Below are positions 27,540 through 36,465 of a stretch of 47,268 nucleotides of DNA, piece by piece. The notes beneath the pieces were generated by a model that was given only the letters and a program-made list of their open reading frames with translations, did not search any database and had not been told where the DNA came from. The stretch spans positions 1 to 47,268 of IMG/VR virus record IMGVR_UViG_3300023214_000238; one strand, written 5' to 3'. A program made the position numbers and the translations under genes. Each line of letters opens with the position of its first letter. The stretch's first letter is position 1. The DNA comes from a virus (lineage: Duplodnaviria > Caudoviricetes).

Positions 27540-28417
27540 GACAGATCGAGGAACGCTACGCCGCACTGGTCTCCAACGTTCTTCGCTACGGCGAAAAACG
27601 GCCGACCACGAAAAAGCTGAAGGACAGCGGCAAGCCTGTCGGAATCACAGAGTTGCCACACCAGTTCTTCACGCTCGACGATATCAATCGGGACTTTCCG
27701 ATCCTTGGGTCAAAGTACGTCGATTTTCACAAAGTCAAAGGGGAACTGCTTTGGTTCTTGAGCGGCTCGACGAACGTTAGGGACTTGCATAAGCACAATA
27801 TCCACTACTGGGACCCCTGGGCTAATTCAATAGGCGAACTGGGGCCGACCTACGGAAAACAGTGGAGGGAATGGGAAGACTGGTGCGTTGTCCTGGGGAG
27901 CGATCCAGATCATATCGACCAGATCAAGAATCTCATTGACGGCATCGACGGCGTAAAGAAATCGCCCGAATCTTCGGATTCGCGCCGGCTTATCGTGACA
28001 GCCTGGAACCCGGTGGACCTGCCCGACATGAAGCTGCCCCCCTGTCATTACGGGCTCGTCTGCCACGTGGATACGGGCGGCAGATTCCTCGATATGCTCG
28101 TCACTCAAAGGTCAGCCGACCTATTCCTTGGCGTGCCGTACAACATCGCGAGTTATGCGCTTTTGACCCATATGCTCGCATGCTTCAATGGACTTCAGGC
28201 GAGGCGGTTGTCTTTCGTCTTCGCGAACGTTCACGTCTACAAGAATCACCGCGACCAATTGGCCGAACAGAAGCGTCGGCTAAGCGAGGCCCAGACCACA
28301 CCCGTCAGGATTCGCTTCACGGGCGGCTGTGCGGATATCGACGGGTTCAAGCTGGAACACATGCACCTTGAAGAATACAATCCGCTCGGTCCCCTGCACG
28401 GGGAGGTCGCGGTATGA
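27536..28417 (+). CDS. thyA: Thymidylate synthase
   Basis: ELLWFLSG, LGPTYGKQWR, SRRLIVTAWN, LPPCH and QRSADLFLGVPYN motifs. Confidence 0.97.
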   Translation: MRQIEERYAALVSNVLRYGEKRPTTKKLKDSGKPVGITELPHQFFTLDDINRDFPILGSKYVDFHKVKGELLWFLSGSTNVRDLHKHNIHYWDPWANSIGELGPTYGKQWREWEDWCVVLGSDPDHIDQIKNLIDGIDGVKKSPESSDSRRLIVTAWNPVDLPDMKLPPCHYGLVCHVDTGGRFLDMLVTQRSADLFLGVPYNIASYALLTHMLACFNGLQARRLSFVFANVHVYKNHRDQLAEQKRRLSEAQTTPVRIRFTGGCADIDGFKLEHMHLEEYNPLGPLHGEVAV

Positions 28418-28977
28418 GTGACCACCCCCGCCGCGTCAACGCCATCTTCGCCGTCGAGCGCAACTTCGGCCTATTCGGGGCCAAGGACAAGGCCGGACGC
28501 TATTACACGCCCTGGCATTGCCGCGATGATCTTCGGCGGTTCGCCGCTATCACAAAAAGCGGCACGGTCATCATGGGGCGAAACACTGCTGAAACAATAT
28601 CCAGGCCACTCAAAGGACGGACGAACATAGTCCTCCGCCGAGAGATTGATGGCTCCGACAGGTTCAGCCGGGTGGGATTTCATCGGGCGGATTCGCTGTC
28701 ATACGCGCTACGGATTAGCGGCGAAAACCCGTTTATTATCGGTGGGGCACAAGTCTTAAAGGCTGCGTTCGAAGAGGACGTCATTGATCGCATTTATCTG
28801 AGTCTTATTCATGGAGGGGGGACTAACATTGAAACTGGGCCTGCCTCTATCTATTTGGATAAAGAGGTCACGATAAAGGCAAGGCTTGGCTATCACTGCA
28901 TTCACCGCGAATCGTGGGGCGACCACGATTTCCTCATCCTCGAACGACGCCGAGAGCCGACAGGCTTGGCGTGGTGA
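28414..28977 (+). CDS. folA: Dihydrofolate reductase
   Basis: PWH..DDLRRF, VIMGRNT, RPLKGRTNIVL and FIIGGAQV; adjacent to thyA. Confidence 0.92.
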   Translation: MSDHPRRVNAIFAVERNFGLFGAKDKAGRYYTPWHCRDDLRRFAAITKSGTVIMGRNTAETISRPLKGRTNIVLRREIDGSDRFSRVGFHRADSLSYALRISGENPFIIGGAQVLKAAFEEDVIDRIYLSLIHGGGTNIETGPASIYLDKEVTIKARLGYHCIHRESWGDHDFLILERRREPTGLAW

Positions 28978-29000
28978 ACCTTAACACAAGGAGAACTCCA

Positions 29001-29441
29001 ATGACGCTGACAATATGGGTCGGCGGGCCGAAAGTCTTGCCAGTGCAGCCCCCAACGCCCGAAGGGGAAATCGAGCAAGCTGTTCGCCGTGTGATACGGG
29101 AAGTGACTGGCGAAGAGCCAGGGGCGGTCATCGTGGTCACTCGCGACACAGAAGACCCGTTCGTCGCCGTGGCGATGAACAGAAAGAGGGCGTACAGGCC
29201 CCTAGGCGTGCAGGGGCAGTTTGCCGAAATCAAGAAATGGATTCGCGACTGCCGGGCGGGCAATCGGCGCAGTTTTCAGTTTTCCATTTCCGAGGGGCTG
29301 CTCGAAGATCTTCGCACAGACCGACATCCCAACCAGCAGGACGACCCAAAGGAGGCGATTGAGGAATGTAAGAGCCAGGCGGTTGAACTTCAACGCACAA
29401 TCGACCGGCTTGAACGAGGAATCAAGGATATTTATCCGTGA
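29001..29441 (+). CDS. Hypothetical protein
   Basis: AGGAG RBS; coiled-coil-like C-terminus. Confidence 0.65.
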   Translation: MTLTIWVGGPKVLPVQPPTPEGEIEQAVRRVIREVTGEEPGAVIVVTRDTEDPFVAVAMNRKRAYRPLGVQGQFAEIKKWIRDCRAGNRRSFQFSISEGLLEDLRTDRHPNQQDDPKEAIEECKSQAVELQRTIDRLERGIKDIYP

Positions 29442-29498
29442 ATCCGCACCAGGAACTACAGTTCCGACTTCACATCCAAGATTTCGCCAGGGCTCCGC

Positions 29499-30074
29499 AT
29501 GTCTCCGAATAAGGCGATCGTGGTTGGAATTGATCCAGGCTCTAATGGTGGGATCGCCGTCATACGCCCAAACGGCAAGGCGGAAACTTACAGGATGCCC
29601 ACTCATGACGTCGAGAGAATCAATAGGCGTTCCGTGAAGGTTGTCGATGGAGACGAATTAAGCCACATCCTTGAAATGACCGCTGCCGACTACATCTTCT
29701 TCGAGGAAAACGAAGCATGGAGGGGGGACGGAGCCAGCGCGTTTACGCATGGTTGGAATTACGGAGTGGCGTTAGACTGCGCAATTCGCCGAACACACCC
29801 ATCGCGAAGGTCGATTCAAGCCAAGCTTGAAATGGTTCGGCCGAAGGCATGGCAGCGAACACTGCTCAAGATCAGGGGGAAGTTTGACAGGAAGGACACG
29901 AAGTCGGCCGCAATCCAATTCTGCCAACAGAACTGGCCCGGCGCAAACCTTACCCCAGGAAGGATGAGGACTCCCCACACGGGGATGGCTGACGCCCTCT
30001 GTATTGCGTCTTATGGGAGAACCGAAGTGCTGAAGATCGGAATTTCGAGAAAATCCCGGAATGGGAGGGGTTGA
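29499..30074 (+). CDS. RuvC-like Holliday junction resolvase
   Basis: VGIDPG, IFFEE, VRPKAWQR and ADALCIA catalytic pattern. Confidence 0.88.
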   Translation: MSPNKAIVVGIDPGSNGGIAVIRPNGKAETYRMPTHDVERINRRSVKVVDGDELSHILEMTAADYIFFEENEAWRGDGASAFTHGWNYGVALDCAIRRTHPSRRSIQAKLEMVRPKAWQRTLLKIRGKFDRKDTKSAAIQFCQQNWPGANLTPGRMRTPHTGMADALCIASYGRTEVLKIGISRKSRNGRG

Positions 30075-30100
30075 AACGTTGCCCTGAGATATGATATAAT
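30071..30100 (+). promoter_or_regulatory. Promoter for the tRNA cluster
   Basis: TTGAAA-N18-TATAAT with extended -10 (TGn). Confidence 0.75.
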
Positions 30101-30110
30101 ACGACGAAAG

Positions 30111-30181
30111 CGGCGTGTAGCTCAACGGCAGAGCGGTCCCCTTATAAGGGATTGATTCGGGTTCGATTCCCGACACGCCGA
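30111..30181 (+). tRNA. tRNA-Ile (anticodon UAU)
   Basis: Cloverleaf: CGGCGTG/CACGCCG acceptor, GCTC/GAGC D stem, GTCCC-CT TAT AA-GGGAT, TCGGG-TTCGATT-CCCGA; CCA not encoded. Confidence 0.92.
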
Positions 30182-30184
30182 TCA

Positions 30185-30256
30185 GGCCCCGTGGTCTAAT
30201 GGCTAGGACACAGGCCCTTCAAGCCTGTAATGCGGGTTCGACTCCCGCCGGGGCTA
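30185..30256 (+). tRNA. tRNA-Glu (anticodon UUC) with atypical C33
   Basis: GGCCCCG/CGGGGCT acceptor, CAGGC-CC TTC AA-GCCTG, GCGGG-TTCGACT-CCCGC. Confidence 0.9.
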
Positions 30257-30258
30257 AT

Positions 30259-30327
30259 GCGGCGCTCTTGGCCAACTCGGCACAGTCCGGGGTCAAACTG
30301 GCCGGTTGTGACGGCCAAGAGCGCCGC
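30259..30327 (+). ncRNA. Rod-like hairpin directly after the tRNAs (candidate small RNA or processing signal)
   Basis: Perfect 15-bp inverted repeat 30259-30273/30313-30327 with inner stems AAC/GTT, CGGC/GCCG and CAGT/ACTG. Confidence 0.5.
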
Positions 30328-30402
30328 TTAATCCACGGGTGCCCTCGGCGGGAGTCGCGGTATCACCACATCGGAGCGAGACCCCAGAACGGAGATAAGA
30401 TA

Positions 30403-30828
30403 GTGCCGTCCGAGAGATCAATCAGACGCAAGGAAGCGATCAACTTCAAGGGGACCATCCTTCCAATTGTCCGAAAGGGTCGGTACGGAAGAGCCTTTGT
30501 CGTTCCAAACCTAATGGGCGACATGGGAAGCGATGCAATCGAGTATGGATACATAATCGTGACTACGGGCAAGAACAATGAGAAAAACATTGAGGCTCTA
30601 TTGCTAGACCCCGACTCTCCAAGGTTAGAGGAGATCGACCGAAGGGAGAAGATGGAAGAGATTCGGGAACTGGCCCTAGAAGCAATCGAGGCGCTGTTTG
30701 CAAACACGGCGGACTTGTTCGAGAGACTAGAGGAAACCGGAATTGACGAATGGTCCATAGAATACGCTCAGAACTATGCCAATTGGGCAGGCAAGCTCAA
30801 GGAGAAGCCTCTTGAACAGATCGCTTAG
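30403..30828 (+). CDS. Hypothetical protein
   Basis: GGAG RBS then GTG; the track start at 30199 lies inside a tRNA. Confidence 0.6.
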   Translation: MPSERSIRRKEAINFKGTILPIVRKGRYGRAFVVPNLMGDMGSDAIEYGYIIVTTGKNNEKNIEALLLDPDSPRLEEIDRREKMEEIRELALEAIEALFANTADLFERLEETGIDEWSIEYAQNYANWAGKLKEKPLEQIA

Positions 30829-31183
30829 GAGCGATGAGAGGGATCGCCTTGCGCTTGTTTTGGCTGGAAGGACTCAACTTGCGAATATCCGCCAAGACGA
30901 AACGCTGATATCCGAGGCTCAGCGTCGTTGTCTCGTCATCCCGATATACCGGCCGTTCTACCCGCTCGCAAACCCGCACAGATTTCCTCACAATCACGAT
31001 CCCACGGGTAAGCGCAGGGAGGCGGCGATAGAGCGATACAGGGCAGAAACGCTCCCCAGAGTAGAAGTCGAAATCGACTGGCCCGGCCTTGTCGGCAAAC
31101 TTCTTGTTTGCTATTGCTATCCTAAGCCGTGCCACGGCGACATCCTTATCGGCGAACTCAAGAGACGGGGGCTCCAAGAATGA
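30812..31183 (+). CDS. DUF4326 family protein
   Basis: ANP...R..AIERY...L.GKLLVCYCYPKPCHGDIL. Confidence 0.85.
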   Translation: MNRSLRSDERDRLALVLAGRTQLANIRQDETLISEAQRRCLVIPIYRPFYPLANPHRFPHNHDPTGKRREAAIERYRAETLPRVEVEIDWPGLVGKLLVCYCYPKPCHGDILIGELKRRGLQE

Positions 31184-32061
31184 GTGACTGCAAGGCAATT
31201 CTTCCCTACTTCGGATGCAAGAGATCACTAGCGAAGGAGATTGTCCCGAGGCTGGGGCGGCACAGCACCTATTGGGAGCCATTCTGTGGAAGCATGGCGG
31301 TGCTCTTGGCCAAGGCGCCATGCCCCACGGAGGTCGTTAATGACCTACACAGGGACCTCTACAATCTTGTGATGGTCATCAATCACTCCCAACTTGGGCC
31401 AAGATTCTACAGAAAACTCCGGCGTGTATGGTTCTGCGAGTCGCTGTTCAACGACTCAAGAGGATATATGATGGAGACGGCGGAGCAAGAGGTCAAAGTC
31501 CCCGACATCGAGCGAGCGACCGCGTTTTTCATAGTTTCATGGATGGGGATAAACGGAGTAGTCGGAACGAAGTCGCGATCGTCTAGCATGGCGAAGCGGT
31601 ACTCTGGAAAAGGGGGCGACCCGGCGTGTCGGTGGAAGCGCGCAGTAAATTCGATACCCCAATGGAGGGAGAGAATGTCTCGCGTTCAGGTCTGGAACAT
31701 GGACGCTCTCGCAATGATAAAGAGGATCAAGGACGAGCGCAGCGCGACAATCTACTGCGATCCCCCATACCTCAAAGAAGGCTCCGCCTATCGGCACGGG
31801 ATGTCCGGGGGCGAGCATTGGGACTTAGCCGAATCGCTCAGTCGCTTTATCGATGCAAGAATTGTCGTCAGCTACTATATGGGAAGCCCCGAGGAAGAGA
31901 CGGCACTAGGGGAGATGTATTCCGAACGAAATGGGTGGGCGACTGTAGAATTGAAAGCGAGGAAGACAATGGCGAACTCGCTGGGCAAACCGGAGTCAGT
32001 CGCACCGGAGGTCCTATTCATCAAGAACGGCGGTGGGTCGCCACCACTGCTCCGCGAATAA
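31180..32061 (+). CDS. D12-class (Dam-like) N6-adenine DNA methyltransferase 1
   Basis: PYFGCK, EPFCGS, VVND and YCDPPY motifs. Confidence 0.92.
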   Translation: MSDCKAILPYFGCKRSLAKEIVPRLGRHSTYWEPFCGSMAVLLAKAPCPTEVVNDLHRDLYNLVMVINHSQLGPRFYRKLRRVWFCESLFNDSRGYMMETAEQEVKVPDIERATAFFIVSWMGINGVVGTKSRSSSMAKRYSGKGGDPACRWKRAVNSIPQWRERMSRVQVWNMDALAMIKRIKDERSATIYCDPPYLKEGSAYRHGMSGGEHWDLAESLSRFIDARIVVSYYMGSPEEETALGEMYSERNGWATVELKARKTMANSLGKPESVAPEVLFIKNGGGSPPLLRE

Positions 32062-32616
32062 GTTTGACGAACGCCAGTACTTGTACATGGAATACCGAGA
32101 GCCTAGGGCTAATATGGTGGCGGTGATGTCTGAATCTTCCCGGTGAATTCCAAGATTAGCGTCGGACATCAAATCTAAAAAGCTGGGTGAAAAGTCGAAA
32201 AATGTGAGAAAAATCCAGATCCAGGGGCGAAGATCAGCCCACAGATGCCAGCCGTGGGGCGTCCGCGAAAGGTCGTCGTAATACTTCATCCCCTGACGGG
32301 TTATCCCTATGACCTTTTCAGATTCGCCCCCTGGGGAGTCCGCAGTTGATTCAAGGGACTCCAAGAGATTCACGTCGATTCCATGTTTTATTGACCGGTT
32401 GAGTTCGGGAGAGAACAGACACTCACCGCTTTTCGATTCAGACCAATCCGAGGGCCCAGGCCGACCGCATGTCCCGGCGAACCGAACAAGAGCATGGAAC
32501 GACTGTGGCCGCATGGGAGACGGGCGAACGGCGGACAAGATATCCAAAATATTATATATATATTTATGGAAGTTTGCGGATGTATATGGATTATGAATTT
32601 TGGAGTTTTTCCCCAT
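32014..32616 (-). CDS. Hypothetical protein
   Basis: 200-aa ORF filling an otherwise empty interval; no motif recognised. Confidence 0.45.
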   Translation of the reverse strand: MGKNSKIHNPYTSANFHKYIYNILDILSAVRPSPMRPQSFHALVRFAGTCGRPGPSDWSESKSGECLFSPELNRSIKHGIDVNLLESLESTADSPGGESEKVIGITRQGMKYYDDLSRTPHGWHLWADLRPWIWIFLTFFDFSPSFLDLMSDANLGIHREDSDITATILALGSRYSMYKYWRSSNLFAEQWWRPTAVLDE

Positions 32617-32781
32617 ACGGAAGGGCTCAATCCGCGCCAGATCGGGTTTTAATTCATTCGTTTGAAAGCAAGTTATACTAGCCTTCCCGCATTATCCAGT
32701 CTTTCTATTTTATCTAGGCTGTAATGTCTTGCCCTCCTTTCCCGGATTGCCCGGATTGCCTGAATTGCCAGGTTTAACTTG

Positions 32782-33125
32782 CATGGATGAATGAGTGCAT
32801 CCATTCACTCACTCATCCACGCAATCACGCCCGCATGGTTGCATGCATGCATTCATCCACCCATTCATTCAACCACTCACGATTGCACGATTGTGTGACT
32901 GAATGGGTGACTGCATGCGTGACTGCATGCGTGACTGCATGCGTGACTGCATGAATGCACGCAACCGCGCATGCACTCACCCATCCGTTCGTGACTGCGC
33001 GAATGGTTGCGTGCATCCGTGAATTCTTGGTTGAGTGACTGATTGGGCTCGTGCAACCGTGATTGCATCCATCCACCCACTCACTCATTCGCGCTTGGTT
33101 GATTGAATCAATGCAATCACGCACT
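32782..33125. repeat. Degenerate 4-bp-register (CATG)n array, left
   Basis: 86 consecutive tetramers in unbroken register, mostly CAnn or nnTG. Confidence 0.9.
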
Positions 33126-33607
33126 TTCCGGACAGCGCCGATTTCGACGCAATCGCGATTAAGCGCATGATTGCATGGATGTGTGCATCCATTGAGTCCC
33201 CGATCGCCCTCCGTTAAGCGGTACGCGCAGTCGGACGGAAGCGGCGGAGAATCACGAAATTCGTCCGACAATTAAACGATAGGCCCACGTGTCCAGGCAC
33301 GGGATTTGCTGCGCGCGCACGCGCGGGCGCGCGTTCTCCTTAGTTCCCGACCGAACCGGCCACGGCGAGGCGGAAAGCGCGCCAGTTTGACACCGCGAGA
33401 GAAAACAGCGAAAGCGCAAACTCTTGCCGCGCAACGACTTGCGGAAGCCCAATGCGTGCATGCATCCATGCAATTGTCGCAAAACCCAGGTGTCCTACTT
33501 GACGGCCGGATTTTTCAGTGAGATTTCCTGAAAAGTTTTAAACCTAGCGCCGGCTTGTGCTTGCGTCGATTACGCCGCGATTTTTCGCGAAATCCAGCGG
33601 CCGGCAG

Positions 33608-33637
33608 TTGGAAATTTCGGACCAGCGCGCCTATAGT
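33608..33637 (+). promoter_or_regulatory. Putative early promoter 1
   Basis: TTGGAA-N18-TATAGT; leader resembles 37052-37128. Confidence 0.55.
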
Positions 33638-33692
33638 TCACCAGCGGCGGAAACGAGACCGAGACCAAACACGCAAGACCGGAGGCCGAACG

Positions 33693-33932
33693 ATGGACAA
33701 TGAGCTTTGGATCGAAATCAGCGTACTCGACGACGAGGGAAGATGGGAGTTTCTCGGGGAATACGAATGGGACGAGGTCTTCAGCGTCACCCGTCGCCAC
33801 GCAGAGCGCGAAGGCGTCAGCCGCGACGTCGAAGGAAACGCGGTCTTCAGACTTCACCCAAACTTCCCAATTTCCGCAATCGAACTAAAGTACAACGCAA
33901 TCGGACACATGACGACGGAGGCGATCCAGTGA
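33693..33932 (+). CDS. Small hypothetical protein
   Basis: GGAGG RBS. Confidence 0.7.
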   Translation: MDNELWIEISVLDDEGRWEFLGEYEWDEVFSVTRRHAEREGVSRDVEGNAVFRLHPNFPISAIELKYNAIGHMTTEAIQ

Positions 33933-34210
33933 CCGAAACCATTAAGGCACTCCGACGGCTTGTCTACGGCGCATGGGAGGCGAGCCGGAGCCTCCCTGCC
34001 GAGCAGACAGGGGAAGCGCGCTACCAAGCGGCAGTAGCGCAGTTCGAAATTGACTTCGCCGAACAGGCGATCGACTTTGGCGACAGCCTGGAGTACGTTC
34101 AGGCGATTGACCGCGCTGAGCGGTCCCTTCGGCTCGCGGCTCGCGAGCTCGAAAGGGCTAAGACCGAAGCCGCCCGCGCGGCGCACCCGCTCGGGCTCGT
34201 GACCGACTGA
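33929..34210 (+). CDS. Small hypothetical protein
   Basis: GGAGG RBS, GTGA coupling. Confidence 0.7.
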   Translation: MTETIKALRRLVYGAWEASRSLPAEQTGEARYQAAVAQFEIDFAEQAIDFGDSLEYVQAIDRAERSLRLAARELERAKTEAARAAHPLGLVTD

Positions 34211-34215
34211 CCTTC

Positions 34216-34273
34216 GCCCCCCGGCGCGTTGCCGGGGGCTCACCACAAGGCCGGCCCCGCGTTGGGGCCGGCC
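34216..34273. repeat. GC-rich intergenic hairpin element copy 1 plus a second hairpin
   Basis: CCCCCGGC-GCGTT-GCCGGGGG; GGCCGGCCCC-GCGTT-GGGGCCGGCC. Confidence 0.8.
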
Positions 34274-34292
34274 ACAACATGAGGAGAACGAA

Positions 34293-34538
34293 GTGACCGA
34301 AACTGGGTACGTCGTCACCACCGACGGCCGGGTGTTAGCCCAAATACCCGCCGCCAACGCCTGGGAATTCTCGCTTTGCGACGGGGAACGAGAGTTCCCA
34401 GGCGGCTTCGGTGCCGCGACGGAGTGGGAGTTGATCGACGACGCCGAAGTGCTCGTCGCCGACCGCGCGCGGTTGCGATGGGCGTTCGAAATGGCCAGGG
34501 AGGAGATTGCGGTTCGCGGCCGCCTTGAGGCCGACTGA
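34293..34538 (+). CDS. Small hypothetical protein
   Basis: GAGGAG RBS. Confidence 0.7.
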   Translation: MTETGYVVTTDGRVLAQIPAANAWEFSLCDGEREFPGGFGAATEWELIDDAEVLVADRARLRWAFEMAREEIAVRGRLEAD

Positions 34539-34562
34539 CAGGCGGCCGGCCTTTGACCCACC

Positions 34563-34584
34563 GCCCCCGGCGCGCGCCGGGGGC
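34563..34584. repeat. GC-rich intergenic hairpin element copy 2
   Basis: GCCCCCGGC-GCGC-GCCGGGGGC. Confidence 0.8.
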
Positions 34585-34604
34585 TCAACAATAGGAGCAA
34601 TCGC

Positions 34605-34862
34605 ATGAACAACCCCTTATCCATCGTCGAGGTCGCTCGGGAAACCGAGAAGCTTCGGCGGAAACTCGAACAGACGAAGCGAGAGATCGCCAAAATTTGG
34701 GCCGGCCATATCGCGGGATCGACCCGCCACCGGCTCGATTCCATCATGGCCCGGCGGTCCGCTATCAAGGCCGAACTCCGGATCCTCGCGATCCGCGCCC
34801 GCGAAGCCGGATGCGATCCGGTCCGAGCGACTGAGGTTCCTCCTCTTGGAGAAGAGAATTGA
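34605..34862 (+). CDS. Small hypothetical coiled-coil protein
   Basis: AGGAG RBS. Confidence 0.7.
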   Translation: MNNPLSIVEVARETEKLRRKLEQTKREIAKIWAGHIAGSTRHRLDSIMARRSAIKAELRILAIRAREAGCDPVRATEVPPLGEEN

Positions 34863-34863
34863 C

Positions 34864-35175
34864 ATGAAAGTACATCCCGATACGTCGAAGGCGCTGACAG
34901 AGGCGCTCCGTCATTGGGTTCTCAACGACGGAGCCGGCCTCGAATACCTCAGGACGATTGTCCGAGAGGCAATCGAGGGCGAACCGAAAATTCCCGGCGA
35001 GCCGGCGGGCGAAATTGGGCGGATGCTCGCTCGGCATCGAATAGAGCGGGATTTCATCGATTCGATCCCCCCTGAGGTTGAGGGCGTTTACCTCAACCTC
35101 TTGGCCACCGCCCTTCAGCTTGTCGATTGGACATATCTAGTTTCAGTCATCCTTGAAACGGAGGAGCGGACATGA
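34864..35175 (+). CDS. Small hypothetical protein
   Basis: Starts 1 nt after upstream stop; W..ND.G and LQLVDW..L motifs. Confidence 0.7.
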   Translation: MKVHPDTSKALTEALRHWVLNDGAGLEYLRTIVREAIEGEPKIPGEPAGEIGRMLARHRIERDFIDSIPPEVEGVYLNLLATALQLVDWTYLVSVILETEERT

Positions 35176-35555
35176 ATGAAATCACGTCGGAAGTCCTCAG
35201 CCACATTCTCAGCGATCGCGAATTTCATCGACGACTGTCGGAGGCGACGCGCTTAGCTCGCCGGACGTCGCGGCGCAAAGGCGCGACACGTGGAGAATCG
35301 CTTATCGGAGCCGCTAAGGCTGTTCGGCCTCATATAACCGGATGGTTATATGAGCAAACGAGCAAGTGTACGGCCGCACACGCGATCGTCAACCATTGCC
35401 TCATAAGAGGAATCGAATGGGTGAGCCTCGCCCGCGAGCTTGTTAAAATCGAACGAATCGGCCGGGCCGAATACGTCAGTCCGGCCCCCGAAACGAACCG
35501 AAACCCCTGGGCTCCGGCCCCGAGAGCGCCCAAGTACAAAGAGGTGAACGCATGA
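35172..35555 (+). CDS. Hypothetical protein
   Basis: GGAGGAG RBS, ATGA coupling. Confidence 0.7.
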   Translation: MNEITSEVLSHILSDREFHRRLSEATRLARRTSRRKGATRGESLIGAAKAVRPHITGWLYEQTSKCTAAHAIVNHCLIRGIEWVSLARELVKIERIGRAEYVSPAPETNRNPWAPAPRAPKYKEVNA

Positions 35556-35845
35556 GCAAATCCGAATACGTTCGAGATGGAATCGCCGTCGTCGAGCGAA
35601 TCGCGAAGGGCTCCGAGTGGGAGGTCGTCGCCGCGTTTTCGGCTCCTAGCCGCGAACGGATGGGTCTCGCCTTCGAGGCGATCGCCCTTGACGCAAGAAG
35701 CGGCCAGTCCGGACCCTGGCGGATTATCTTCCTGTGTCCATCCGGACACATTACGGCCCTATGGTCCGGAACGCTTGCATGGAAGCAAGTTAACGTCGAG
35801 TTTGTCGCGACTGGCTCCGACCTCCGGCGCCTCGCGGATCTCTAG
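35552..35845 (+). CDS. Hypothetical protein
   Basis: GAGGTG RBS, ATGA coupling. Confidence 0.65.
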   Translation: MSKSEYVRDGIAVVERIAKGSEWEVVAAFSAPSRERMGLAFEAIALDARSGQSGPWRIIFLCPSGHITALWSGTLAWKQVNVEFVATGSDLRRLADL

Positions 35846-36000
35846 TTCGTTCGTTCGTTCAGGTTTTCACATTCTCACATGAGGAGATCCAAACATGACC
35901 ATAGTCGAGCGCCTCCGCCTCGGCGAAGGCTGGTAGCGCGAGACATCAAAGAACTCACATATTTTCAGACCCCCAATTTCACACATCGGGAGATTCAGAT

Positions 36001-36390
36001 ATGATCATCGACGTCACCCAAAGGGTAGGTGAACTCCTCCACGCCCCCGTCGCCGTGCTCAGTCGCCAATGGGGACTCGACGCCAAGAGTGCCGCGACGA
36101 ACCTAGCGCTCGAAGAGGCCGAAGAGATCCTTCGGAGGGTCTCCCACGTCGAGCCACTCAAACACTGGAACAACACAGCCGACGAATGCGAGTTTCACCG
36201 GCTCCAGGCGGTCGAACGGGCCTACTGTTCGTTTGTCCAGGCGCTAGCGGAGGCCGAACTCCACGGAGCGGAGCTTAAGGAACGGCGCTCCTTGTGGTGC
36301 CGCCGGAACGACCACGGGGCTCTCGGTTTTAAGGTTGAGCTTCAGCGCGGGCATTGGTCGCGGCATTTCGTGGTCCCCGTCGTCTGCTAG
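36001..36390 (+). CDS. Hypothetical protein
   Basis: GGGAG RBS. Confidence 0.65.
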   Translation: MIIDVTQRVGELLHAPVAVLSRQWGLDAKSAATNLALEEAEEILRRVSHVEPLKHWNNTADECEFHRLQAVERAYCSFVQALAEAELHGAELKERRSLWCRRNDHGALGFKVELQRGHWSRHFVVPVVC

Positions 36391-36414
36391 CCCCCCCCCT
36401 TTCCCCTCTCTCTA

Positions 36415-36442
36415 GCCCTAGGGCGCGGGCGCGCCCTAGGGC
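36415..36442. other. 12-bp perfect inverted repeat
   Basis: GCCCTAGGGCGC-GGGC-GCGCCCTAGGGC between genes. Confidence 0.75.
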
Positions 36443-36465
36443 GCATCCGCAGAATCGGAGAACAC

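Noticed and set aside
27536-28417. Base-modifying thymidylate synthase homologue
   Set aside because: Has the canonical dUMP-specific Asn (GVPYN) and catalytic PCH, with adjacent DHFR
30211-30227. Opal-suppressor tRNA (UCA) or stop-codon reassignment
   Set aside because: The 5-bp stem fixes TTC at positions 34-36; TGA, TAA and TAG all terminate conserved genes normally
30199-30402. 5' extension of ORF 30199-30828
   Set aside because: Overlaps tRNA-Glu and the hairpin; a better RBS and GTG start exist at 30403
33854-34768. 304-aa minus-strand ORF and similar shadow ORFs (5146-5907, 22793-23479)
   Set aside because: Antisense to well-supported + strand genes in GC-rich DNA; no motifs
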